DNA of 62,735 bases, filler included, from Candidatus Tectimicrobiota bacterium (lineage in GTDB: Bacteria; JACPSX01), in NCBI GenBank assembly GCA_016193065.1. It is 6 parts of 6 records of this genome, joined end to end, with 100 filler letters (N's around TTAATTAATTAA, not from the genome) between each part and the next. Parts side by side here need not be neighbours in the genome. Positions count along the whole stretch, not along the records: positions 37,703 to 52,882 come from JACPSX010000202.1; positions 52,983 to 56,819 come from JACPSX010000139.1; positions 56,920 to 59,626 come from JACPSX010000140.1; positions 59,727 to 62,735 come from JACPSX010000132.1; 2 more parts are not named here. One strand, given 5' to 3'. A program made the position numbers and the translations under genes. A model generated the notes under the pieces. The model saw only the letters and a list, made by a program, of their open reading frames with translations, made no database searches and had not been told where the DNA came from. Positions 50,596 to 59,923 of this stretch are shown here, in pieces (position 1 is the first letter of the stretch; each line of letters opens with the position of its first letter).

Positions 50596-51948
50596 TCACA
50601 GTTCCTCCCCGACCGCCAGGTCAATCTTGGCCTTGGCCACCGCGTAGTCGTACAGGGCCTGCAGCGTGCGCATCCGGGCCTCCGTGAGCCGTACTTCACC
50701 ATCCAGAAGTTCGACGATCGTGGTGAGACCCGAGTTGTAGCGGTTCTGCGTGATGCGCAGGCTCTCCCGGGCCTGATCCACGGCTTTTTCACTGGCTTGA
50801 ATCCGTCCCCGGGCCGTCAGGAGATCCAGGTGCGCCTGCCGCACCTGCAAGGAAATCCCCTGTTCCAGGCGCTCCTGGAGGGCCTTCACCCGCAGGACTC
50901 CCGCTCGGGCCTCCTCCACGCGGGAGCTCGTTCCCAGCCCGTCAAAGAGGTTGATGCTCAGCGTCACCATGCCCGTCCAACTCTCCCCACGGGTGCCCAG
51001 GAAGTGCTCCTCGTTGAGGTCATAGCGTCCGCCCAGGTTCAGGCGGGGCAAGTAGTCGGAGCGGGCCAATCGAACCCCCTGTTCGGCGACCCGCACCTGG
51101 ACACGCAGGGCTTCCAGATCGGCGCGGGAGCGCAGCGCCCGTCTCTTCAGTTCCTCCGGGTCCTGCTTGAACTCGAAAAACTTGAGAGCCTCCGTGACGC
51201 GGAAGGCTCGGGCCTCGTCAACCCCCATGATCGTGTTGAGAGCGGACCGGCTCAGAGTCAGGCCGTTTTCCGCCGCGATGAGGAATTCCCGCACCTGGGC
51301 CAGGCGCACCTCGGCGCTGAGCACGTCGGACTCCACGACCAGCCCGGCCCGGAAAAGGGAGCGGGCTTGAGCCTCGTGAGCTTCGGCGGTTTTCAGCGTC
51401 TCCCGGGCCACCTGAAGCTGCTCCCGGCCCAGGATCACGCCGTAATAGGCCTGCGTCACGTCGAACCGCAATTGATCGAGCGTGCGACGGTCTTCCCTTT
51501 GCTTGGCCTCGTGAGCCAGCCGCGACTGGTTCAGGCCGGTCCACTCCTTGCCGCCGTTGTAGACGGGCTGCGTGATCTCCAGATAGGTGTTGAAGTTGGA
51601 AATCGCGGCCGGATCATTGAGCCGGCGGGGGTCGAAGTCGCCCGTCGTGACTCGTTCCTGATTGAGCCGGTCGCCGAAAGCCATCAAGGGGCTGGTGGTT
51701 CTGTGAAAGGATGTCCCCACGTCGATCCGCGGCAAAAGCTGCGCCCGCGCCTGCCCCACTTTCGCCAGGGCCATGGCCACCTCCTGCTCCGAGGCCTTCA
51801 GGAGCGGGGAGTTTTGCAGAGCCACCGAGAGGGCCTGGGTCAGGGACAGGGGTTCCGCCTCAGCGGCGGGCTTGACTTCCTGGGCAAGCAGGGGGTGAGA
51901 AAACAAAACCACAACAAGCACCGTGAGAATGAATTTCAAAATGTTCAT
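50596..51948 (-). CDS. TolC family outer membrane protein
   Basis: Signal peptide, LSLTQAL, QPVYNGG, RYNSG..ELLD. Confidence 0.92.
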   Translation of the reverse strand: MNILKFILTVLVVVLFSHPLLAQEVKPAAEAEPLSLTQALSVALQNSPLLKASEQEVAMALAKVGQARAQLLPRIDVGTSFHRTTSPLMAFGDRLNQERVTTGDFDPRRLNDPAAISNFNTYLEITQPVYNGGKEWTGLNQSRLAHEAKQREDRRTLDQLRFDVTQAYYGVILGREQLQVARETLKTAEAHEAQARSLFRAGLVVESDVLSAEVRLAQVREFLIAAENGLTLSRSALNTIMGVDEARAFRVTEALKFFEFKQDPEELKRRALRSRADLEALRVQVRVAEQGVRLARSDYLPRLNLGGRYDLNEEHFLGTRGESWTGMVTLSINLFDGLGTSSRVEEARAGVLRVKALQERLEQGISLQVRQAHLDLLTARGRIQASEKAVDQARESLRITQNRYNSGLTTIVELLDGEVRLTEARMRTLQALYDYAVAKAKIDLAVGEEL

Positions 51949-52099
51949 GGGCTGACCTCCCCGATATTGCTTCTAATTTATACAGTTCCCCAAAAGCCTC
52001 ACGGCCTCATTTCCTCCCTTTTCCCCCATAAAGAGCCCGTGGGCTCCAGAACGTTTCCGGCAAATTGCTTTCCCGGTCGGGTTCGAACGCGCGCCCTGC

Positions 52100-52176
52100 G
52101 AAGTGACTATTTCGTGATCACGGCGTATTATACGGACACGAGAAAAGAGGGAGAGGTCCTATGGGAGAAGAAATAA
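52100..52176 (+). pseudogene. C-terminal remnant of a putative toxin gene
   Basis: [23 protein letters not shown] parallels DGFIITAYFTSRIGRRSIVW of 54196-54513; overlaps the DUF2283 start. Confidence 0.55.
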
Positions 52177-52544
52177 AGATCTGGTACGACAAAGAAGGCG
52201 ACTACTTGGAGGTCCTCTTCGAGCGCAAAGCAGGGTACTTCAGGGAGACGGCAAATCATGCTGTAATGGAGAAAGTCGATACCGAGGGGAACCTTATCGG
52301 CTTTTCGATCCTGGGGGTCAGCGCTTTGAGCGGGCATCCCCCTCTGTCTGTAAGCCTCAAAAGACGTTCCGCCGGACGTGGAAGAGTATCCTTCCTATCC
52401 CAAAGGTCCTTGCGTGCTGGTCCTCCAGCGGGATGCCCAGGGTCAGCCGATTCATGTTGTCTGGGGTATCCCCCGGGGAACTGTCTCGCCGGCTGTCGTG
52501 GTGACTGCGTACCGGCCGGATCCGGTGGCAGAAGGTCCCGATGA
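52161..52544 (+). CDS. DUF2283-like antitoxin (first ~66 aa; the tail is probably read-through)
   Basis: [12 protein letters not shown]..., [12 protein letters not shown]. Confidence 0.7.
   Translation: MGEEIKIWYDKEGDYLEVLFERKAGYFRETANHAVMEKVDTEGNLIGFSILGVSALSGHPPLSVSLKRRSAGRGRVSFLSQRSLRAGPPAGCPGSADSCCLGYPPGNCLAGCRGDCVPAGSGGRRSR
52378..52525 (+). pseudogene. DUF4258-like toxin, C-terminal fragment
   Basis: [30 protein letters not shown]. Confidence 0.6.
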
Positions 52545-52982
52545 CCAGCAGTGGGTGGTCCCAACTGCACAGACTCAGCAACGAGCCGCTAGGCCTAGTT
52601 GGTGAGAGGCATGGGGATTGGCCCATCAGGCCGTGGTAGCGATGAAGAGAGGGTAATGCCTCTCGAGCGAAGGGCCTGTGGGTACCGCAGCGCTACCTGT
52701 TCAGTCAGCAGGGTCCGGGTGACACCGGTATAGAACCGCTGCCCCGGTTGGTAGCTATTCCGCGTGGTGAAGTTCAGTCTGGCGAGGGGATGCGGACCAC
52801 CGCTTAAGCTCGCCATGCTGGAGGAAGGCCCGTGGGAGAGAGAATTGTCTTGCTGCGGCCCCGAACCGGACTCGGGAAACCCNNNNNNNNNNNNNNNNNN
52901 NNNNNNNNNNNNNNNNNNNNNNNNNNTTAATTAATTAANNNNNNNNNNNNNNNNNNNNNNNNNNNNNNNNNNNNNNNNNNNN

Positions 52983-53102
52983 GAGTACTTGCGGGCGAAA
53001 GAACCCGGCTTCAGCAAGAAGCGCCTCGACATGCCGGGGGATTACAGCCTTTACTTCTACCGGCTGCACAGGCAGTTCGGGCTAGAGATAAGCTACGAAT
53101 AG
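52983..53102 (+). CDS. 3' end of an unidentified gene
   Basis: Open from the contig edge: EYLRAKEPGF...QFGLEISYE*. Confidence 0.4.
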   Translation, partial: EYLRAKEPGFSKKRLDMPGDYSLYFYRLHRQFGLEISYE

Positions 53103-53232
53103 GGAGAGGACGAGTGGGAGTCATGATCTGGTGGGTGTCTTCATGAAGATCAAATACTCGGGGGGACCAGGTGCATGGCCCTTGGTTTTGCGAGAATGGC
53201 GAGTCAATCTGTAGATTGAGGATTTGGGGGAA

Positions 53233-53778
53233 ATGCTGGAGCAACGGTTGCAAAGGGCAGAGGAAAGAGTGCGGGAGTATCTGGCTCGGCATGGAGCCGA
53301 CCTGCCCTCCGTCCGTATCGCCATCGAACCTGAGCTGGGCAAGGGGACTCTGGCAACCCATCGTCACCCGGGGACGGTCGTGGTGCGGGAGGCGTCGGTG
53401 CCTGAATCGGTCATCGCCCACGAGTTGGTGCACGTTGCCCAGGGGACGCTGGAGCAGTTTCGAGGCTTCCGGCTGCTCTACACGCTTCTGGCTGAGGGCC
53501 TTGCCGAATGGGTAGCAAAGACATTGTATCCCGAACACGAAGTGAAATACGACGCCGGTTACCGCTTGATGTCCCTGCTTGTGGCGGTCGATGAACGGGT
53601 CATTGGCAAGCTTTTGCGACTGAATGATCTGCCGCTCGGATTAGAGGATGCGGAGGCTATCCTGGCCAGCCCCCGCCTGCCCGACTATTCCCGCGGTCTG
53701 CTGAACTCCATGGCCGATCAGATCCGGGAGAGCGTTGCCGCCGCTATCGAGGCTGGGGAGTATGGGACGAAGGGATAG
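53233..53778 (+). CDS. Hypothetical zincin-like protein
   Basis: AHELVH (HExxH) followed by EGLAEW. Confidence 0.7.
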   Translation: MLEQRLQRAEERVREYLARHGADLPSVRIAIEPELGKGTLATHRHPGTVVVREASVPESVIAHELVHVAQGTLEQFRGFRLLYTLLAEGLAEWVAKTLYPEHEVKYDAGYRLMSLLVAVDERVIGKLLRLNDLPLGLEDAEAILASPRLPDYSRGLLNSMADQIRESVAAAIEAGEYGTKG

Positions 53779-53863
53779 AGATTCTCAGGGCATGGTTCGG
53801 GCCGGAAAACCCCCCTCTTTCCTCGCCCCTTCCAGAGGGAGAGGAGAAAGGTGAGGGGGAAAG

Positions 53864-53926
53864 ATGAATCGTCGCGTGCCGATTAACTAGGACGACCTGG
53901 AGATGGCGCTCACCATGCACATGGAC
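53864..53926 (+). pseudogene. Truncated duplicate of the UPF0158 gene 5' end with TGG>TAG
   Basis: Near-identical to 55323-55385 with a premature stop at 53888. Confidence 0.8.
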
Positions 53927-54195
53927 AATCGGACCTCTTCAAGACTTTCTCCGTTCGCCCTGAGCATAGTCGAAGCCTGGGGTGAGCCATGCCGAACTAG
54001 GTGAACACGGAATTTTCAGCAGCCTTTTAGGAGAGTACAGATGGTTCGCCACGACATCCTGACCCGCGCCGCAGCCTGGACGCAGGCCCGCGGCTGGAAG
54101 ACGAAGCTCGCCAAGCGCCGTGGCGGAGTGTACCCTGAGCGAAGTCGAGAGGAACGGAGCGTGGATTCATGTCAAATGCCCCGGAGATGTGACTG

Positions 54196-54513
54196 ATGGA
54201 TCGAGCTCTCTCTCAAGGAGGAGTTCCGATACGGCTCACGGAAGAGCGGTGGTTCCACATCGTAGAGAACCACGACGATCTTGCTGGACACTACGATGAC
54301 GTGCTCGACACAGTGGAAAACCCTGAGGTGATCTTGAAAGGGTATGGTGGAGCGTTAATCGCTGTCAAGGAGGCGGGACGCAGAAAGCAACTGGCAGTGG
54401 TATACAAGGAACTGAGCCGAGAGGATGGGTTTATCATTACGGCCTATTTCACGTCTCGGATTGGAAGGAGATCTATTGTATGGCGAAAAGGACAGCAGCG
54501 GCGAAAACGGTAG
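54196..54513 (+). CDS. Putative RelE/DUF4258-like toxin
   Basis: IRLTEERWFHI..H, ENPE, GFIITAY; overlaps the DUF2283 gene. Confidence 0.7.
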   Translation: MDRALSQGGVPIRLTEERWFHIVENHDDLAGHYDDVLDTVENPEVILKGYGGALIAVKEAGRRKQLAVVYKELSREDGFIITAYFTSRIGRRSIVWRKGQQRRKR

Positions 54514-54758
54514 AAGAGATTTCAGGGGCGTTGCCTCACCTGATTCGCTTGCCCACAGGCAGGGCCTGGATCGACTACGATCAGGAGGCGGATGTCCTCT
54601 ACATCAGCCTAAAGCGGCCCCAAAAGGCGACGGACACCGAGTACCTGGAAGATGAGGGGATTCTCCTCCGTTATAGAGGGAAAGAATTGGTGGGCGTGAC
54701 TGTCCTTGGTGCCTCGAAACGGGGGAAAAAGGGAAAGGCACGACAAAGAAATAGCTGA
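54480..54758 (+). CDS. DUF2283 family putative antitoxin
   Basis: YDQEADVLYISL..., ELVGVTVLGAS. Confidence 0.8.
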   Translation: MAKRTAAAKTVEEISGALPHLIRLPTGRAWIDYDQEADVLYISLKRPQKATDTEYLEDEGILLRYRGKELVGVTVLGASKRGKKGKARQRNS

Positions 54759-55322
54759 GTGGAAGGCGCTTAGCATCGGGGGCTTTTGCGAGAGAGCAAC
54801 CGATCCTACTCCTCCATGCGGCAATGGCGAGTCAATCTGTCGAATGAGGATTTGGGAAATGCCGGAGCAGCCTGCGGGGCGGGAGAGGTGGGGGGGCTAA
54901 GTAAGGGCAGCACGACCATTCCCGATGAAGAGTAGGGGCGGCCCTGTGTGGCCGCCCGGGCTAATGCAGCCCCGGAGGGCACCGGGAGGAAATGAAATGC
55001 GGATATCAATAGCTCCAGGAGAGCACAGATGGATCGCCGTGACATCCTGACCCGCGCGGCCGCCTGGACGCAGGCCCGCGGTCTATGCGGCGGGACCAAA
55101 GAGGCGCCAGTCGGGAATCGACAAGGGAGAAACACAAGGCATTGGATGGAGAATCGTGGCGCGAAAATTTGCATTTGGATTGCAAAAATGCAAGGTAATT
55201 TTGCAGTGCCGCTGCAAGATTTCACATAGTGCGAGACAAACTTCTTTCCTCTCCCCTGGCAGGAAAGGATCCTTAATTCCCCTCGCCCCTTCCAGGGGAG
55301 AGGATGAAGGTGAGGGGGAATG

Positions 55323-55781
55323 ATGAAGCGGCGCGTGCCGATTAACTGGGACGACCTGGAGATGGCGCTCACCATGCACATGGACGAGTCGACCGCCTAC
55401 CTGGATCTCCGGACGGGCCAGGTGGAGATCGTCGGTGTGTCTTCCTTCGAGGACGAGAGGGAGGGGCTTTCCGAAGAAGAGATGGACGCCGGTCTTGCCG
55501 GAAAATACCTCGTGGCCATCGAGCCGCTGCCTTCTTATGTCGAGTACAGATGGATGGCCGAGTTCACCGACTCAGTGTCCGACCCGCAGTTGGGAGAGTT
55601 ACTCCAGGTTGCGATTCAAGGTCGCGGCGCTTTCGGCCGGTTCAAGCGCGTGCTCTCGGACCGTCCAGCCGAGCGTGAGCGCTGGTTCACCCTTCGCAAT
55701 CAGCGAATGCTGGAGGTCATGCAAGACTGGTTCGCCGATCACGACATCGAGCCGACGACCGAGCCGCCAGCGCGGCAGTGA
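55323..55781 (+). CDS. UPF0158 family protein
   Basis: YLDLRTG, YRWMAEF, AIQGRGAFGRFK, ERERWF. Confidence 0.85.
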   Translation: MKRRVPINWDDLEMALTMHMDESTAYLDLRTGQVEIVGVSSFEDEREGLSEEEMDAGLAGKYLVAIEPLPSYVEYRWMAEFTDSVSDPQLGELLQVAIQGRGAFGRFKRVLSDRPAERERWFTLRNQRMLEVMQDWFADHDIEPTTEPPARQ

Positions 55782-55915
55782 TTCTCAAATTTCTCCCTTC
55801 GAGGAGGGATTCTCAGTAGCTTCCCTTCCCTCTTGAGGGGGAGGAATTTTCAAATTCTCCCCTCTCCCTTGAGGGAGAGGGGAAGGGTGAGGGTGAACAC
55901 ATGCAGACCCGCGGC

Positions 55916-56819
55916 CTATGCGGCGGGACCAAAGAGGCGCCAATCCGGGATCGCCCACACGCGAGGCGCCAGCGCTTCGATCTCGCGCCCGCGCGTGACG
56001 ACAAGCCCGACCCGCTCCGCTTTGGCCGTCACCCCCGGGAGCTTGGCGTCGAGAAACTCCACGAGCGGCCGCGCGTCCGTCCGGTGCGCGCGCTCCGAGG
56101 CCTTGGCCTCCAGAGCCAGCACACGATGAGCGGCATGGAGCACGAAATCCACCTCCCGCCCGGCGCGGGTTCGGTAGAAGTGAAGCGGAGGCGGCTCCTC
56201 CTGCCAGGAGCGCCATCGCAGCAGCTCCGCCAGCACCGAGGTCTCGAAGAGCGCCCCGTTTCCTTCCCCGCGATCGGCCAGGAGCCGGGCCAGCCCCGGG
56301 TCGGTCCAGTAGAGCTTCGGGCTTTTCACCAGGCGCGCCGTCACGGTCGGCAGCAGCGGCCGCAAGAGGAAAACCTGATACGAGATTTCCAGAAACCTGA
56401 GGTAGCGCTTCGCCGTGTTCACGGCCACGCCAAGCTCGCGCGCCACCTCGGAGTACGAGAGAATTTGCGCGGTGCGAGCCGCCAGAAGGTTCTGCGCCAG
56501 AGCAAACCGGTCGAGATCGGCGACCTGGCCGAGGTCAGAGAGATCCCGCTCCAGGTACGTCCTCCGAAAGTCGCGAAGCCAGACCCGCCGGTCCTCTTCG
56601 GGGAGAGCATCCAGCCGCGGGTACCCGCCCCAGCGGATGTGCTCCTCGGCGCGTGCGCGCCACCGCCGGGCCTCCTCCGACGAGGGCGCGGTCTCCGCCA
56701 TCTCCTTGATCGCGGCCTTGCCGCCGCGCCAGATCCGGTCCAGCCCCGATGGGGGGAACCGCCGTGCCCTCGACCCGCTCGGCAAGCGCGAGCGGCCAGA
56801 GCTCGAGCAAGGTCGCCCG
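55916..56819 (-). CDS. AAA+ ATPase with DUF4143, 5'-truncated, apparent frameshift at ~56753
   Basis: GGYP, TYLERD, KSPKLYWTDPG, FET, EVDF, EAK. Confidence 0.85.
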
Positions 56820-56948
56820 NNNNNNNNNNNNNNNNNNNNNNNNNNNNNNNNNNNNNNNNNNNNTTAATTAATTAANNNNNNNNNNNNNNNNNNNNNNNNN
56901 NNNNNNNNNNNNNNNNNNNAGAGGGGACAGAGAAAGGGGACTGAAACG

Positions 56949-57731
56949 GTGAATGAATTGCTGCAAGCGGCGCGGGAGATGGCTCTAAAAGCGGGGAAAC
57001 TCCTCAAGGAGTACTGGGTCCGGGGGGTGGAGGTGGAGTACAAGGGGGAAATCAACCTGGTGACGGAGGCGGATCGGGCATCCGAGGCGTTGATTCTCTC
57101 CGAGATCCGCCGCCGCTTTCCGGACCATAGCATTGTGGCCGAAGAGAGCGCCCCCAAGCAGGTCCCGGGAGAGTTTTGCTGGTACGTGGACCCTCTAGAT
57201 GGCACCACGAACTTCGCCCACAAGCTGCCGTATTTTTCCGTTTCCATCGGGGTGCGCCGCGGCCAGGAGATGGTGGCCGGAGTCATCTATGACCCCATCC
57301 TTGAGGAGCTTTTCTGCGCAGCGCGAGGGGAGGGAGCCACTTGCAACGACCGGCTTATCCGGGTCTCTCCCCAGAAGAATCTCGGCGAGAGCCTTCTGGT
57401 GACGGGCTTTAACTACACGATCCGACAGGACAGCGGGCAAGTGTTCGAGCATTTTCGCAACTTCACCATGGTGGCGCAAGGCGTGCGCCGGGTTGGTTCT
57501 GCGGCCTTGGATCTGTGCTATGTCGCTTGCGGCCGCTATGAGGGGTTCTGGGAGAGAGATCTCTCCCCATGGGACACGGCGGCCGGCACCCTGCTCGTGG
57601 AGGAGGCGGGAGGACGGGTGACTCAATTTGGCGGCGAGCCCTTTGATCTTTACGGCGCGGAGGTGCTTGCTTCAAACAGCCTCATCCATGAGACCATGAC
57701 GGAAGTTCTCAGAAGACCTCATCATAAGTAA
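56949..57731 (+). CDS. suhB: Inositol monophosphatase family protein
   Basis: LVTEAD, DPLDGTTNF, GSAALDLCYVACGR, WDTAAG. Confidence 0.93.
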   Translation: MNELLQAAREMALKAGKLLKEYWVRGVEVEYKGEINLVTEADRASEALILSEIRRRFPDHSIVAEESAPKQVPGEFCWYVDPLDGTTNFAHKLPYFSVSIGVRRGQEMVAGVIYDPILEELFCAARGEGATCNDRLIRVSPQKNLGESLLVTGFNYTIRQDSGQVFEHFRNFTMVAQGVRRVGSAALDLCYVACGRYEGFWERDLSPWDTAAGTLLVEEAGGRVTQFGGEPFDLYGAEVLASNSLIHETMTEVLRRPHHK

Positions 57732-58186
57732 TGCTTGTCGTTCCCCGCGGGTAAGTAGAAACGTCCGGATTCGTAGTCTTCCTCCAGGTTCCAGAGCAGT
57801 TGCAGGTAGGCGGGGCGGCTGAAGCGGGCTCGGAAGGCCCGCCGCTTGATGTGACAGTAGAGAGTGTTCCCGCCCCCCCAGTGGAGAGCGCGCAGGTCAA
57901 GAATCTCCTCGCTTTCGTCGCTGAGAATCAGGGAATAAAATAAGTGAAGCCCTTGCGGGTCTCGGCGTGGAGTCGTGCGCAGGACCATAAAAGGAACGTC
58001 CTCCACTTCCACGGTCCGCGATTCCCGGTTGCTGCGGACGACAAAGCCCCGATCGGGATCGAAGGTCAGGTGATCGTACAGGTAGCGCCGAATCCGCGGG
58101 TGGCTGATCTCCTCCGGACCCTCGTACCAGTTGCCCTGAGCATCAATGAACAGCGGCCACCCGTCGCCGGGTGGTGTTTCCTTCAC
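57722..58186 (-). CDS. DUF1285-like protein
   Basis: IDAQGNWY, VEVEDVPF, ARFSRPAY. Confidence 0.7.
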   Translation of the reverse strand: MKETPPGDGWPLFIDAQGNWYEGPEEISHPRIRRYLYDHLTFDPDRGFVVRSNRESRTVEVEDVPFMVLRTTPRRDPQGLHLFYSLILSDESEEILDLRALHWGGGNTLYCHIKRRAFRARFSRPAYLQLLWNLEEDYESGRFYLPAGNDKHYL

Positions 58187-58198
58187 TCTTCCTCTCCC

Positions 58199-59134
58199 CT
58201 ATTCCTTGCCCAACAGGTCCTTGCGTTCGTCGAGAGTTACGGCGGTCTGGCGGGCTTGAGACGTATCAATCTCGGGTTCCGAATAGATCATGTTGCGGCC
58301 GCGGGTCTTGGCTTGGTAGAGGGCCTGGTCGGCACGGTGCACGAGATCGTTCTGGTTTACTTCCGGTTCCCCCTGATAGGTGTTGATCCCGACGCTGATC
58401 GTCAAGCTGACCCCGATTCCTTCGGCCGTGAAAACCTGGCTGGCCACCTTGCGGCGCAGACGCTCGGCCAGCACAAAGGCTTCCCGAGTGCGCGTGCGGG
58501 GGAGAATGATGGCAAACTCCTCTCCGCCGTAGCGGAATACCTGGTCGATTTCCCTCGAGTTGGCCTGGATCAGTTGGGAAAGTTCCCGTAGGAATTGGTC
58601 TCCGATCAGGTGCCCGTAGGTGTCGTTGATTCTTTTGAAGTAGTCGATGTCCAGCAGGAGGAGCGAGAAGGGTTCCAGAGAACGCCGGGTGCGCAGGATC
58701 TCTCCCCGCAACCGGATTTGAAAATAGCGGTAGTTGAAGATCCCCGTCAAGCCGTCGGTGATCGACAGGCTCTCCATCCGATCGAGTTCTTCCAGAAGAT
58801 CGGCGGGTCCGTTGGCTTGTCTGAGGGCCTCTTCCAAACGATCGAGAACCTTGCGGGCCTTGGCGGGGGGGAACTCTTCCAGATGAAAGTTGGAGCCGTC
58901 GATTCCCTTCTCGATGCCCTTTTTGGCCGCCGCCAGGAGGTTGGCCGGCAGCCGTACTTCCTGGTAAATCCGCAGGACTTCCCGGCGGAACCCATCCACG
59001 TTGCGGCGCTGGTACTCGGGTTTCCGCATCTGGCCCAACTCCCGGGAGATTTTTCTGAGGAGAGATGCATTATCTCTCCCGGAGGACTTGTCCGCGCCTT
59101 TCTTCTTTTTTCCCTTTTGACTTTTTTTCCCCAT
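58199..59134 (-). CDS. Diguanylate cyclase (GGDEF domain)
   Basis: DGLTG, DIDYFKRINDTYGH, RxxD I-site (REID), RYGGEEF. Confidence 0.93.
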   Translation of the reverse strand: MGKKSQKGKKKKGADKSSGRDNASLLRKISRELGQMRKPEYQRRNVDGFRREVLRIYQEVRLPANLLAAAKKGIEKGIDGSNFHLEEFPPAKARKVLDRLEEALRQANGPADLLEELDRMESLSITDGLTGIFNYRYFQIRLRGEILRTRRSLEPFSLLLLDIDYFKRINDTYGHLIGDQFLRELSQLIQANSREIDQVFRYGGEEFAIILPRTRTREAFVLAERLRRKVASQVFTAEGIGVSLTISVGINTYQGEPEVNQNDLVHRADQALYQAKTRGRNMIYSEPEIDTSQARQTAVTLDERKDLLGKE

Positions 59135-59141
59135 GGCCGCC

Positions 59142-59591
59142 TCAGAAGATTTTCTTGGAGTCGATCAGGAGGGTTACGGGCCCGTCGTTGACCAACGCCA
59201 CATCCATCATGGCTTTGAACTGGCCGGTCTTCACCGGCACTCCTTTGCGTCTGATCTCGCCGGCCAGTTGCCGGTAGAGCTCCTCGGCGCGGCCCGGCTC
59301 AGCGGCCCCCACGAAGGAAGGGCGCCGCCCCTTGCGACAATCTCCAAAGAGGGTGAACTGGGAAACGACCAGCACGGCCCCTCCCGTTTCCAGGACCGAC
59401 CGGTTCATCTTGCCCTCCGAGTCCTCAAAGATCCTCAGGTGAACGAGCTTGTCGGCCAGGTAGCGGACATCCTCTTCTCCGTCTTCTTGGCCCACCCCCA
59501 GGAGGACCAGGAGCCCCTCATCAATGGCGGCCAGGACCTCACGCCCCACCGAGACGGACGCCTCACGGACTCTTTGGACGACGGCCCTCAT
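59142..59591 (-). CDS. dtd: D-aminoacyl-tRNA deacylase
   Basis: [19 protein letters not shown]. Confidence 0.97.
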   Translation of the reverse strand: MRAVVQRVREASVSVGREVLAAIDEGLLVLLGVGQEDGEEDVRYLADKLVHLRIFEDSEGKMNRSVLETGGAVLVVSQFTLFGDCRKGRRPSFVGAAEPGRAEELYRQLAGEIRRKGVPVKTGQFKAMMDVALVNDGPVTLLIDSKKIF

Positions 59592-59726
59592 TCTCCGGAA
59601 GCTTTCCTGTCCAGCGCGGCCAGGAGNNNNNNNNNNNNNNNNNNNNNNNNNNNNNNNNNNNNNNNNNNNNTTAATTAATTAANNNNNNNNNNNNNNNNNN
59701 NNNNNNNNNNNNNNNNNNNNNNNNNN

Positions 59727-59923
59727 CGTTCAATCATATCCAGCGTGCCGCTGCCTGCCTTCTCGATATAGCGGACAAGGTAGAGGGGCTCGGCGATCAG
59801 TGGATTGCGGGGAATCGACGCATGGGGCACCCGCAGGCGTTCCGGCGTGAGGGAAGGCGGAAGTTCGTATGTCGCTAGGGCCTGCACGCTGTGCTCGACC
59901 GTAAATCGGGCAGCGACGGTCAT
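59727..59923 (-). pseudogene. Fragment of a second HATPase_c_4/RecG-C-like protein
   Basis: LPPSLTPERL..SIPRNPLIA..IEKAGSG parallels the same segment of the upstream gene, without its N-terminus. Confidence 0.6.

Noticed and set aside
52595-52882. Possible gene end on the - strand at the contig edge
   Set aside because: An open frame exists, but it has no recognisable motif, so it was not called.
52983-56819. Integron cassette array or CRISPR array
   Set aside because: No integrase, no convincing attC (RYYYAAC..GTTRRRY) folds, and no regularly spaced identical repeats anywhere in the window.
16965-59726. Recurring TTAATTAATTAA motif
   Set aside because: Always embedded in N-runs of identical layout; an artificial six-frame-stop linker. 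Adjacency across it is not biological.
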